This document shows, one piece after another, positions 46,457 through 56,076 of a stretch of DNA of 64,000 nucleotides. Numbering within the stretch: position 1 is the stretch's first letter; each line of letters opens with the position of its first letter. The DNA comes from Candidatus Levyibacteriota bacterium (lineage in GTDB: Bacteria > Patescibacteriota > Microgenomatia > Levybacterales > UBA12049). The stretch is taken from assembly GCA_017991775.1 (NCBI GenBank), contig JAGOPV010000004.1, forward strand, positions 2,847 to 66,846, given 5' to 3'. The notes beneath the pieces were generated by a model. It was not told where the DNA came from. It did not search any database and saw only the letters and a program-made list of their open reading frames with translations. A program made the position numbers and the translations under genes.

Positions 46457-47509
46457 ATGTCCACTACTCCGATAGATGAGTTAAAAAAAGAACTTCGTAA
46501 AGAAGAGCTTGTCTACGCCATGGACACCAAGCCTGGCTTGATGCGCCAAAAGATTCAAAAGTCATATGCCTACTATGACCTTGATGGTAAAAAGGTCACG
46601 GATAAAAAGACTAAGGATAGGATTGATAGCCTAGGCATCCCTCCAGCTTGGGAAAATGTCTGGATATCCCCCCTCACCAATGGCCACCTACAAGCAACTG
46701 GATTTGATGAAAAAGGTCGTAAGCAGTACATCTACCATCCGTCATGGATCAAAATTTCCCAGGAAAATAAATTCGCAAAAATGGTCGACTTTGGCATGAA
46801 CCTTCCTAAAATCAGAGGTAAAGTTGCATACGACATGCGAAATGATGAATTGAGTCGTAAAAAGATAATCGCGACTGTTATCTGGCTACTCGAGCATACC
46901 TTTATCAGAATTGGTAATGAGCAATATTCAAAAGAAAATGCATCCTTTGGACTCACGACTCTTCGAAATCGCCATGCAAAGGTACGTGGTAAGGAAGTCA
47001 CTTTTCACTTCACGGGCAAAAGTGGTGTTGAGAATATCCTCACTTTCTCAAATCCAACTGTCGCCAAAACTATAAAGAAATGTATTGAGCTTCCAGGCTT
47101 TGAACTTTTTCAGTACATCGATGATGATGGCACCAAGCACACGATCGAGTCCTCAGATGTAAATGAATTCTTAAAAGAGATCACCGATGACACTTTTACT
47201 GCTAAAGACTTTAGAACTTGGGGCGCGACCAATCTATCAGCCGATATTTTCTATGACACGGGGGATCCCGAAGATTCGAAAACACTGAAGAAAAACGTTA
47301 AGGAGACTATCAAACAGGTCTCAGAGCATCTTAATAACACTGTATCAGTCTGTCGTAGCTACTACATCCACCCAAGCGTGATACAGACTTATGAGAAGAA
47401 GATCCTCTTACCCTTTATGAAACGCCATGATGGGAAAAAGTCTGATATCAATGGGCTCTCATGGAAAGAATCAGCCCTGATCAAACTTCTTCGCGAACAC
47501 CCCCTTTAA
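46457..47509 (+). CDS. Type IB DNA topoisomerase (bacterial TopIB, poxvirus-like)
   Basis: GRKQYIYH, FTGKSG, KDFRTWGAT and catalytic-Tyr motif RSYYIHP characteristic of TopIB. Confidence 0.85.
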   Translation: MSTTPIDELKKELRKEELVYAMDTKPGLMRQKIQKSYAYYDLDGKKVTDKKTKDRIDSLGIPPAWENVWISPLTNGHLQATGFDEKGRKQYIYHPSWIKISQENKFAKMVDFGMNLPKIRGKVAYDMRNDELSRKKIIATVIWLLEHTFIRIGNEQYSKENASFGLTTLRNRHAKVRGKEVTFHFTGKSGVENILTFSNPTVAKTIKKCIELPGFELFQYIDDDGTKHTIESSDVNEFLKEITDDTFTAKDFRTWGATNLSADIFYDTGDPEDSKTLKKNVKETIKQVSEHLNNTVSVCRSYYIHPSVIQTYEKKILLPFMKRHDGKKSDINGLSWKESALIKLLREHPL

Positions 47510-47510
47510 C

Positions 47511-47555
47511 TAGGAACTAGGAACTAGGAACTAGGAACTAGGAACTAGGAACTAG
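47511..47555. repeat. 7-nt tandem repeat (TAGGAAC) x about 6.4
   Basis: Read directly, begins 2 nt after topIB stop. Confidence 0.9.
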
Positions 47556-47573
47556 TTAAATATAACCTATAGT

Positions 47574-47602
47574 TTGACTATCTCCCCTCAATTTAATAAA
47601 AT
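47574..47602 (+). promoter_or_regulatory. Sigma70-like promoter TTGACT-17-TAAAAT
   Basis: Upstream of 47647 ORF, appropriate spacing; AAGGAG RBS follows. Confidence 0.5.
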
Positions 47603-47646
47603 ATACACCTAGCTCTTTTTCATCTACGCCAAACAAGGAGATACAA

Positions 47647-48063
47647 ATGTCAACTTCAACAATGGACACCGAGATCGTTGCTCCATCTGGACGAGTCTTC
47701 ACCAGCACATTGCTCGACCAAATCGCCGAAGCAGTTTGGCAACGCTTTCAGGCAAAAGCTGGTCAGGACGAGCTTCTCGACTTGCATTTCGCTGACTTCC
47801 CCGTCGGGAAGAATCTGCGTGATCCTATCGTCACAAGCGAGAAGATCGCATGGTACGTCGCACGTGGATTCACTGCCAACATGGCAAGGCTGCTGGTAAG
47901 AAGTGATATTTCACCTCAGTTTCTTTACACAGCAACACCGGAGCAAATTATTGGCAGGAAAGGTATTGGCGTGAACTCTCTTGAGGAAATCCTTGAGAGA
48001 AGAAAACAGCTTGCACCACAAGTTTGGATCAAACAACAATTGTTGTCTTTAGCAGCGCGATAG
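47647..48063 (+). CDS. Hypothetical protein with helix-hairpin-helix-like motif (GC-rich island)
   Basis: IGRKGIGVNSLEEILERR resembles HhH; elevated GC. Confidence 0.45.
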   Translation: MSTSTMDTEIVAPSGRVFTSTLLDQIAEAVWQRFQAKAGQDELLDLHFADFPVGKNLRDPIVTSEKIAWYVARGFTANMARLLVRSDISPQFLYTATPEQIIGRKGIGVNSLEEILERRKQLAPQVWIKQQLLSLAAR

Positions 48064-48080
48064 CGCGCTGATGCGAGGCA

Positions 48081-48590
48081 TCATTTGTTATCCATCAACG
48101 AGGCGGTTGGTTCGAAAGAATCGGCCGCCTCAAGTCTAAATAACTCAATGCCGCCTTCTTTGTTAAAAATAAAAGACCCTTTTACAAATTTTCCATTTAG
48201 TACCTCTGGTAGCCAATGAGCATCATCCGGCCACATAGCTGAGTACGGAATATCTTCGACCGCAAACCACTCTGGCTTCATCTCTATACTCTCACTAGGC
48301 TCTCCCTTCCAACTTTCTACCAAATATACATGCACGACCTGATCCCAATCTGGCTGATGTGGATTCTCAAATACTAATCGTGCACACTTCTTAAGGTCCT
48401 TGATCTCTACTCCAATTTCTTCTCGTGTCTCACGAACTGCAGCCTGCTCTATGGTCTCACCCGCCTCTAATTTACCTCCGACACCATTGTATCTCCCTTC
48501 CCCAAAGCCACCCTTTTTCATGGCAAGACAAATTTCAGAGATCTCCCCATATGATCTTTTTACAAGGAGAACGAGAGTCGTATCCGGCAT
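48081..48590 (-). CDS. NUDIX hydrolase (MutT-like)
   Basis: Nudix box GVGGKLEAGETIEQAAVRETREEIGV. Confidence 0.8.
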   Translation of the reverse strand: MPDTTLVLLVKRSYGEISEICLAMKKGGFGEGRYNGVGGKLEAGETIEQAAVRETREEIGVEIKDLKKCARLVFENPHQPDWDQVVHVYLVESWKGEPSESIEMKPEWFAVEDIPYSAMWPDDAHWLPEVLNGKFVKGSFIFNKEGGIELFRLEAADSFEPTASLMDNK

Positions 48591-48672
48591 AATTCACATT
48601 ATACTCCAGACTGAGTATGAGATCAGTAAGAAGTCTTGACACGATATTTAAATGGGAGGATAGTATAGATAT

Positions 48673-49140
48673 ATGGCCTCAACAGACGGATACACCTCCA
48701 ATTCATTCTTCAGCATGCGCAATATTATCATCTATATTGTCGTAGCACTTGTGGTATATGGAGCTATTTATCTCCTCTTCTTGAGAAAAGACGGAGGCTA
48801 CATGCAGCAGTCCAACTCCATGTCCGTCACTCTTGCTGCACAAAATGACTCCACCCAGGCTGGGACTGCAACACTCACTGAAAAAGATGGCAAGACTACA
48901 GTATCAGTCACACTGAGCAACCCTGTAGATGACTCGCCTCAGCCTGCACATATCCATAGCGGGGCATGTCCTACACCAGGTGATGTAGCTTATCCTCTCA
49001 CCAATCTCGTTGGTGGCAAATCAGAGACAGTCCTCGATGTCACTCTTTCGACACTTAAAAAAGCACTCCCACTTGCGATCAATATCCACAAGTCAGAAGC
49101 TGAGTCCAGCGTCTACGTCTCCTGCGGTGACCTAAAATGA
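48673..49140 (+). CDS. Membrane-anchored CHRD-like domain protein
   Basis: TM anchor; PAHIHSGACPTPGDV resembles CHRD HIHxGxxG motif; TGA stop. Confidence 0.45.
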   Translation: MASTDGYTSNSFFSMRNIIIYIVVALVVYGAIYLLFLRKDGGYMQQSNSMSVTLAAQNDSTQAGTATLTEKDGKTTVSVTLSNPVDDSPQPAHIHSGACPTPGDVAYPLTNLVGGKSETVLDVTLSTLKKALPLAINIHKSEAESSVYVSCGDLK

Positions 49141-49286
49141 CACGATAAATTGTGTCATCCCGGACTTGATCCGGGATCTCCTCTCTATTTCTCATTCTTA
49201 TAAGCCTATTTATGCTATAATCACACCTAATCTCCCTCGTTTTTTGAGGGAACGATCATTCACAATTCAACAGAAAGGCTTGGAAA

Positions 49287-49526
49287 ATGCCAGAGAGAGC
49301 ATATTGCATGATCACTGTCCAAACAGGATGGGCAGACGATATCCTCAACTCTCTCAGAGAAATAGAAGGGGTCGTTCGAGCAGACGGAACAACTGGTGAC
49401 TTCGATGTCATTGCAACAATCGAGATGGAAACATCAAGAGAAATCGGTGAGACAGTTCTTCGAAAAATTCAGGTCCTAAAGGGCGTAGTCCGAACAACAA
49501 CCAGCTTAGTGATCAGTAGCCTCTAA
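49287..49526 (+). CDS. Stand-alone Lrp/AsnC ligand-binding (RAM) domain protein
   Basis: 79 aa beta-alpha-beta-beta-alpha-beta pattern typical of AsnC_trans_reg C-domain. Confidence 0.55.
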   Translation: MPERAYCMITVQTGWADDILNSLREIEGVVRADGTTGDFDVIATIEMETSREIGETVLRKIQVLKGVVRTTTSLVISSL

Positions 49527-49542
49527 GCAATTCCGATATACA

Positions 49543-49577
49543 CCCTCCTCTCGCACACGCGGGAGGAGGTTTTTTTA
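49543..49577 (+). terminator. Rho-independent terminator
   Basis: CCTCCTC-tcgcacacgcg-GGAGGAGG hairpin then TTTTTTT. Confidence 0.7.
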
Positions 49578-49611
49578 TGAACATAATCCCCTCGTGCTAT
49601 AATGGCCCACT

Positions 49612-50961
49612 ATGGATTTAGAATTTATCGGCTATCGACTACTACTCTCTTTTCTCATCGGCGCAGCCATCGGACTGGAGCGAGAGATCAATGAAAAGTC
49701 TGGCAAATTTGCTAAGAAGTCATCTGCGATCCTGGGCATTAGAACTTTCTCACTCACAAGCATACTGGGTGCTGTTACTGGAATTATTTATCTGTCATAC
49801 GCTCCATTAGGACTTCTTATCGGAGTGGCATTTTTTGCGCTACTTCTATCTTTTTATATCTTAGACGTCAAAGCCACCAACGATCGCGGTCTCACGACTG
49901 AGATAGGACTCCTTTTTAGCTATGTCCTTGGACTTCTACTAATAACAGATGTCATCCCAGTCCATTTCACACTCGCTCTTTCCGTAGGCATTCTCTTACT
50001 CCTCTCGCAAAAAGCATTTATTAAAGAGACAGTGTCACGTATTCGCTCGAATGAACTCAATGCCTTCATTAGTTTTGCTATCATCGCAATCGCGATCCTC
50101 CCTTTTCTACCAAATCAAGCATACAGTCTCAATGATATTCCAGGAGTTCAAGGCCTGCTCCAAAGTTTTGGCGTCAAGCAAAATGCTTTCTCAGATCTCA
50201 CTATCATCAATCCATTTAAGACCTGGCTCTATGTCGCCCTCATCACGGGTGTAGATCTGATCGGTTATTTCCTAGAAAAAGGACTGGGGCAAAAAAGAGG
50301 CTGGCTTGTAGCAAGTGCTGCTGGAGGATTTGTCTCATCAACTGCGACAACGCAGTCACTTGCTCAAGAAGGAAAAGGTAAAAAGGTCGTAAATCATCTT
50401 GTCGCTGCAGCGATTGCGGCCAATCTTGTAAGTTTTGTACAGATCTTCGTCCTACTAACTCCTATCAATAGCAACCTTGCCATAACACTTATTCCGACAA
50501 TCATACTTATGATAGTCACAGCTGGGGCAGGACTTTTGTACCTTCTGAGAACACAGGAGAAGAAAGAAAAATACTCCAAGGAGAAGAAAGAAGTTGTAAC
50601 AAAGATCATTGACCTTCGCGCTGCACTATCATTTGCAGGACTTTTTGTTCTGATAAGCATTTTTACTCAAGTCGCTCTGATCCTTTTTGGAGATAGCGGT
50701 TTCTTGATAGCAACTGCATTTGGAGCAATCATCGGTCTTGACGCAGTGATGATCAATACAGCTCAACTAGTTGGTGGAACTATCAGCATCTCTACTGGAA
50801 TTCTCGCATTTGTCATAGCCAACGCTGTCAATATTGGAGCAAAGACTTTTTATAGCTATGCAGCAGGGGCTAAGACATTTACTCTTAAATTTGGAGCTAG
50901 TATGGGCGCGGTCGTCATCGCGAGTCTGATAGGATATTTTATCACTACAACGATTCTCTAA
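49612..50961 (+). CDS. MgtC/SapB-family membrane protein with DUF4010-like C-terminal TM domain
   Basis: MgtC N-terminal motif AIGLEREIN; about 12 TM helices. Confidence 0.7.
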   Translation: MDLEFIGYRLLLSFLIGAAIGLEREINEKSGKFAKKSSAILGIRTFSLTSILGAVTGIIYLSYAPLGLLIGVAFFALLLSFYILDVKATNDRGLTTEIGLLFSYVLGLLLITDVIPVHFTLALSVGILLLLSQKAFIKETVSRIRSNELNAFISFAIIAIAILPFLPNQAYSLNDIPGVQGLLQSFGVKQNAFSDLTIINPFKTWLYVALITGVDLIGYFLEKGLGQKRGWLVASAAGGFVSSTATTQSLAQEGKGKKVVNHLVAAAIAANLVSFVQIFVLLTPINSNLAITLIPTIILMIVTAGAGLLYLLRTQEKKEKYSKEKKEVVTKIIDLRAALSFAGLFVLISIFTQVALILFGDSGFLIATAFGAIIGLDAVMINTAQLVGGTISISTGILAFVIANAVNIGAKTFYSYAAGAKTFTLKFGASMGAVVIASLIGYFITTTIL

Positions 50962-51070
50962 AAAAAGAAGCACCGGCAATGCAGAATGAATGCCGGCTAC
51001 TTCTTCTCCTCTCAAATTGAGGATGCGAAGCAAAACCGCTTCAATCCGCACCGAAATCCGGTGCTTAATG

Positions 51071-51289
51071 TCACATTTTCTCCCATGGTTTTCGGTGGAA
51101 AAATACTGGCATGATGCCAACAACTCCCACCAGGGTGTACGATGCAGCGATCGCATCTCTGGTCTCAAGACCAAAAGCGCGAAAGCTTACATCTATAAGT
51201 GGCACTCCCACTATCCCCACCATGAGATAGCAGAGGAATTTTGCGAGCCAGTAGACAGCACCCTCTGCCCAAGCAAGCATTTTGTGCAT
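51071..51289 (-). CDS. Small membrane protein (2 TM), last gene of the defence operon
   Basis: 72 aa, start overlaps stop of upstream ORF (ATGA-type coupling); GC-rich. Confidence 0.35.
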   Translation of the reverse strand: MHKMLAWAEGAVYWLAKFLCYLMVGIVGVPLIDVSFRAFGLETRDAIAASYTLVGVVGIMPVFFHRKPWEKM

Positions 51290-51290
51290 A

Positions 51291-51644
51291 CTACTCTCCG
51301 TTCGTTAATCGCGGACTTGCCAGGAAGCAAGTTGCGATGAACTCGTGAGTGACCTCGCACTCATCGCCATTGATGATCATGTATCCGCCACTCGCAAGTC
51401 TTTCGGCGAATGTGAATTCCTTCTCGAGCTTGTTCTTGCGAACTCGTGACTCATCATAGAACTTCTTGAAGTCAGCTTTGGTAAAAGGCGCAAGCCCTTC
51501 ATCGCGATGCTGCAAGAATTCTACAACCTTGCGAGCTGCCTCCTCAATACTATTATCGAAACCACCGAATGCTCCCGCGAATCCCCGCTTCTTATTAATG
51601 TGGTGAAGGCCGAGTGGGTAATTTTCACCGATTGGTGTGTTCAT
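51291..51644 (-). CDS. Hypothetical protein (defence-operon member)
   Basis: 117 aa, GC-rich, no recognised motif. Confidence 0.45.
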   Translation of the reverse strand: MNTPIGENYPLGLHHINKKRGFAGAFGGFDNSIEEAARKVVEFLQHRDEGLAPFTKADFKKFYDESRVRKNKLEKEFTFAERLASGGYMIINGDECEVTHEFIATCFLASPRLTNGE

Positions 51645-51721
51645 TTTGTCCTCCTGGACGAAAAAGTGCTATCCCTTGATAGTATCAACGTATTATAGGA
51701 CAAACCGAGGGAAATTGAAAG

Positions 51722-52066
51722 TTAAATTTTACGTATGAGGACGGTCCGAGGCTTTGCTCCTTCTGCAGCACTAATAACTCCGTTATCATAAAGCATTTGT
51801 ATAAGTTTAGCTGCCTTCTCATAGCCAATGAGAAGTTTCCGTTGCAACAACGCAGGACTTGCAGTACCAATTTCCATTACATACTCCAGTGCTGACTCAT
51901 AATATTCATCATCAATATCTTCTTTAGAAATATACTCCTTTGGATCTGGAAAAAAGCTCAGAAACTCTTCAACTCTTTTAAGGCGGATTTTGAGGTTCGT
52001 TACATCGTATCGCAACTGTATTAGCTCTTTCTTTTCTTCGTCATTCATTGGCTTAATATACACCAT
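51722..52066 (-). CDS. Stand-alone FtsK-gamma winged-helix DNA-binding domain protein
   Basis: C-terminal ASPALLQRKLLIGYEKAAKLIQMLYDNGVIS...GAKPRTVL closely matches the FtsK gamma (KOPS-binding) domain consensus. Confidence 0.7.
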   Translation of the reverse strand: MVYIKPMNDEEKKELIQLRYDVTNLKIRLKRVEEFLSFFPDPKEYISKEDIDDEYYESALEYVMEIGTASPALLQRKLLIGYEKAAKLIQMLYDNGVISAAEGAKPRTVLIRKI

Positions 52067-52083
52067 CTAAAATGATTTTTACA

Positions 52084-52833
52084 CTATGAAACCTTTTCAA
52101 CTGCCTCTCTATAATTGCAGAAGTCACACTCAGGAGAAGCTGGAGGGATTTGATCTCCCTTGAGGCAATCGACAGCATCGCGGACTGTCTGCTCGACCCA
52201 ACTATCATCACCCTCATAGCCAAGAAGTCTCACTTTGAACTCTAACTTTCCATCAAAGGCTTCTTTATCACTATCTCCATTGCAGTATACAAAGTATCCA
52301 GTTCTTGATACCTTAAATCCATTCTGCCTGAAAAGCCACTGATAAGTCTCCATCTGTCTTTTATATCCATCCTGCCAGTCAGCATCAAGATTCACTTCCC
52401 CAGTCTTTGAAGTTGCCTTATAGTCAACGATGATCAGCTCACCATCTGGTCTGACCCAGACATCATCAACTCCCCCAGTCACTAAGATATTCGTACCAGC
52501 AACTTGTGCTGTGATCCCGCGGCGCAGCGAATCTCGCCATTCATCCATACGCTCGTCCTGAAATGGCACAGCATCTACTCCATATTCTTTCATTAATGGA
52601 TGACTACTACCATTGGCTCGATGCACATCGAATTCTTTTTTAAGTAGTGCATCAACTGCGCTATTAAGGGAGAACGGAAATCCAGGAGGTCGACCCACGC
52701 CCAACTTGCGATCAAGATAGAAGCACTGCTGACAACTCAAAAAGAGATCTATCTTCCCCCGACTGAGCCTGAACGACTCCAATGAGGCATCATACATATT
52801 TCTAGAACGTTGTGAGTTGTAGTAATGAGACAT
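52084..52833 (-). CDS. Cas4/RecB-like PD-(D/E)XK nuclease with putative Fe-S cysteines
   Basis: GGVDDVW...DGELIIVDYKAT (D...(D/E)xK), N-terminal CQQC and C-terminal C-x12-C-x2-C cysteines. Confidence 0.6.
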   Translation of the reverse strand: MSHYYNSQRSRNMYDASLESFRLSRGKIDLFLSCQQCFYLDRKLGVGRPPGFPFSLNSAVDALLKKEFDVHRANGSSHPLMKEYGVDAVPFQDERMDEWRDSLRRGITAQVAGTNILVTGGVDDVWVRPDGELIIVDYKATSKTGEVNLDADWQDGYKRQMETYQWLFRQNGFKVSRTGYFVYCNGDSDKEAFDGKLEFKVRLLGYEGDDSWVEQTVRDAVDCLKGDQIPPASPECDFCNYREAVEKVS

Positions 52834-52877
52834 ATAATTGAATTATATCTTATTATTTTAACTTCTAAAGAACTATT

Positions 52878-53570
52878 CTAAATTTTGCCATTAAGTCTGT
52901 CATCTAATTTAGAGAGTTTTCCTTGCTGCATATCTGCTGGACATAGATACTCTTCGGAGAGATGTTGAGAAATATAATATTCGCCGTCTTCTTCCATCCC
53001 CATCTCTTCAAGCCATCTCTCTGCAACTGAATCATTTAACTTAAGCATTTTGGGCTGGATTAACCGTAAAATTGAAAAATATTGCTCAATTCTAGATTCG
53101 ATATTCTCCTCAATGTTTCCATTTGCATGAGCATATGTACTTCTAATCTTAACAAGCTCCTTTCCTTTTTCTACGACTTCACTGTCTACATTTATTATTT
53201 TCAAAAAATCGAAAAGTTTTCCCTCTGGAATATAACTTAAATTGCTCACTAAGCAATGACTCGGAATCACTCCTCCGTTATCTCTTATGGGAGGATTTTG
53301 CCTAAGCATCTCAAGATCATTGGGCTTGCGCACGGAGCAAGAGCCAAGAGTGGTTAAATAATCTTCTGCGTGAAATGCGCTGATACGAAAAACCTTATAT
53401 TGAATAGCGAACATGCATAACAGGTGGAATGGGAGAATCGCAAAAGGCTTAACAGGATGCTCTTTTTCAATAAGAGCTAGGAATGCTCCCCAAAGATGAT
53501 CAATATAAGGACCCAGTGATGCTGGTTCTAGTGGCAGAAAATCAAATATTTCATAATATCTTTCGTCCAT
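52878..53570 (-). CDS. Hypothetical protein with HEPN-like R-x4-H motif (possible Abi-type RNase)
   Basis: KIRSTYAHANG contains Rx4H; 4-nt gap to hsdMS stop; assignment speculative. Confidence 0.4.
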   Translation of the reverse strand: MDERYYEIFDFLPLEPASLGPYIDHLWGAFLALIEKEHPVKPFAILPFHLLCMFAIQYKVFRISAFHAEDYLTTLGSCSVRKPNDLEMLRQNPPIRDNGGVIPSHCLVSNLSYIPEGKLFDFLKIINVDSEVVEKGKELVKIRSTYAHANGNIEENIESRIEQYFSILRLIQPKMLKLNDSVAERWLEEMGMEEDGEYYISQHLSEEYLCPADMQQGKLSKLDDRLNGKI

Positions 53571-53573
53571 TTA

Positions 53574-56075
53574 CTAAGATTTCCAAACTTCTGCGATTTT
53601 TTCTCTAACCCTTTCCTCATAGATTTTAATTATTTTTTTTGTCGATTCAATTAATGCACGCTCAATTTCAACATTTTCCACAATTTGCTTTTGAACTTCC
53701 AGACTAGGGAGAGGGATCTCTTGATTAGTCACGAAATCTCTCGTTACCCCAGCCACGCTCATACCAACTGCATTATTTTTTATTCTCTCTGCAACAATCT
53801 CTGACACTAGCCATAGGTATTTTGCATCTAAATTAGGGTCTTTAGACACTAACGCGGTCAAGTCCTGGTTAATAGCATAATCCTGGTCTGCAATAGCAAA
53901 CTTACCAACAGACACACGCGTTATTAATATTGTTGAACCTTTTGGGGCAATTTTACTTGAGCTATTTTTCAAACCTTCTTCTGTAATCATTTCTGAACCC
54001 TTGATCTTGTGCTCATCAGTAAAATACCTGGCCGAAAGCCATGGAATATTGCCGCCCCAATAATTCTCCATCTCTCTTGAAGGAGTTCCGCCTCCAAAAA
54101 TGTCACATAACTGTCCTAGCTTCGCCATACTCCACTCAGGATCGATATCAAACTTTGGCTTCCAATTTTTAACAATTTGTTCTGCTCCTGAAATAATTTT
54201 TTGGTATCCCTCAATCTCCCCAGAAATTTTCTTCTGAATTTCAAGTGGAGGGAGTGGAATTTCTAGATTATATGCATCATTTCTATTAAGACCAGGAATA
54301 CCAGCTCCCGCTCTTAATAATTTCAAGTTTAGCGAAGCAAGTATAAAGTAAAGATACTTTAAATAAACCTTCTTCTCGTCTAGTAATTTTACGTAGTAAG
54401 TAGTGTCGATCGGAAAACAGCTCTCATCCTCCCAAACTACTTCACCAGCCGATCCTTTCCTTCCGATAATTATTACCGGGCCTTTAACTAAGAAACTTAT
54501 ATGAAATCCACTTCTACCATTTGATCCCATAACTGGATAAGGTCCTTCTACTCGGTCCCTCTCGGGTAAACTTTTCCCGTACTCGAACGTACATACATCT
54601 CGAAGTTTTACCATTGAACTCTTGACATCTTTCTCTGCGCCTCCAAAAGTGTATCTTTCCCAGGACAAATTATGACTCTCACTCTCTAAAATTTCTTTCC
54701 TTGATACAAAATTTATATTTGGATGTCCGTCAATTGCATGCTCTCCTTCAGGCCAACCATTAGCTGAAAATGAATTTCCAGAGATTATATGCTTTTTGTA
54801 CCTTTCAATTGCATCCAAAGCGAGTGGAATATCATTGAATTGAGATGGTGACCTTTGTGCGCTCAGATTAAATCCATCAGAAGTTAACTTAACAAATAAA
54901 ATGTGATTTACTTTTTTTACAGCTTCTTTATCTATAAATAAAATACTTGTCTTAACACCAGCGTATGGATTAAAGACTCCTGAAGGCAGGGATACTACGC
55001 ACCATAATCCTTTTTCAATTAACATTTCTCTTATCTTTCTGTATGCAAATGAATTGTTAAAAATAACTCCTTCTGGAACAATGACTCCAAGCCTTCCATT
55101 GTCCGTAAGATGATCAAGCATATATCTTAGGAACAGCACTTCTGTAGCGCCAGTATTCATCTGCAATTCTTGAGCCACACTATCTCTATCTATCGTTCCA
55201 CTAAATGGTGGGTTGGCAAGAATCACGTCATATTTATCACGATTACCTGCTGTATCTGTCAGTGTGTTTTGTCTTACTAAGCGAGCATTTTGAAGCCCGT
55301 GGAGATAGAGATTCATCATCCCAAACTTGATCATATCCTCATCACTGTCAAACCCACTGAAAGTGTGTTCATATAAAAATGTATGCTCTTTAGAATTTAA
55401 TTGATCAAAAGAGCCGCCTGTCTCTAGCACTACCTCGCTCGTATTATTCTTTCGCAAATATTCAAATGCTTTGACTAAAAATCCTGCAGTGCCAACTGCT
55501 GGATCTAATATTGTCTCCCCTTTCTGAGGAGCAATGACATTCACCATAAAATCAATAATATGACGCGGAGTTCTGAATTGTCCCGAAGTACCTGCCTGAG
55601 ATAACTTACTCAAAAGGTACTCATAAGCATCTCCGAATATATCTCTATGATTTGTCTTGCCTGCCTTTTCTGCTAATTTGGCAAACTCATCAATCTCATG
55701 AACAACAACCCTCAAAGTTGGCTGATCATAAAGTTTGATATGTGCATTTCTGAATATCAATTTAACTGTCTTATTTGTTGTACTCTCAGGTATTTTACGG
55801 AAACATTCCTCAAGAGCTACGAATAACGCTTCTGCATTAAGACTAAGCAAATTTTCCCAACGATATTTTTCAAGATCTCCATCAAAAACAATATGATCAG
55901 CATCATTAATACCTAATTGACGATATTCATCATCCTTATATGAAAGAGCTCTCATGAAGAGGAGGTAATTGATCTGCTCAATAATTGTCGGGTGACTCGC
56001 AACACCAGCACCAAAAAAACGATCCATAAGACCGTCAATCTTTCTAAGAACCTCGCTTGTTGTAATTTCTTTCAT
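53574..56075 (-). CDS. hsdM: Type I R-M N6-adenine DNA methyltransferase fused to specificity subunit (HsdM-HsdS, two TRDs)
   Basis: HsdM_N region, motif I DPAVGTAGFL, motif IV NPPF(SG), followed by two HsdS-type target-recognition domains with central/terminal conserved helices. Confidence 0.8.
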   Translation of the reverse strand: MKEITTSEVLRKIDGLMDRFFGAGVASHPTIIEQINYLLFMRALSYKDDEYRQLGINDADHIVFDGDLEKYRWENLLSLNAEALFVALEECFRKIPESTTNKTVKLIFRNAHIKLYDQPTLRVVVHEIDEFAKLAEKAGKTNHRDIFGDAYEYLLSKLSQAGTSGQFRTPRHIIDFMVNVIAPQKGETILDPAVGTAGFLVKAFEYLRKNNTSEVVLETGGSFDQLNSKEHTFLYEHTFSGFDSDEDMIKFGMMNLYLHGLQNARLVRQNTLTDTAGNRDKYDVILANPPFSGTIDRDSVAQELQMNTGATEVLFLRYMLDHLTDNGRLGVIVPEGVIFNNSFAYRKIREMLIEKGLWCVVSLPSGVFNPYAGVKTSILFIDKEAVKKVNHILFVKLTSDGFNLSAQRSPSQFNDIPLALDAIERYKKHIISGNSFSANGWPEGEHAIDGHPNINFVSRKEILESESHNLSWERYTFGGAEKDVKSSMVKLRDVCTFEYGKSLPERDRVEGPYPVMGSNGRSGFHISFLVKGPVIIIGRKGSAGEVVWEDESCFPIDTTYYVKLLDEKKVYLKYLYFILASLNLKLLRAGAGIPGLNRNDAYNLEIPLPPLEIQKKISGEIEGYQKIISGAEQIVKNWKPKFDIDPEWSMAKLGQLCDIFGGGTPSREMENYWGGNIPWLSARYFTDEHKIKGSEMITEEGLKNSSSKIAPKGSTILITRVSVGKFAIADQDYAINQDLTALVSKDPNLDAKYLWLVSEIVAERIKNNAVGMSVAGVTRDFVTNQEIPLPSLEVQKQIVENVEIERALIESTKKIIKIYEERVREKIAEVWKS

Positions 56076-56076
56076 C

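Noticed and set aside
45001-47555. Tandem repeats (8-mer x7, 7-mer x6) considered as CRISPR arrays
   Set aside because: The units are far too short and contiguous with no unique spacers. There are no cas genes apart from a solitary Cas4-like nuclease 5 kb away in an R-M context.
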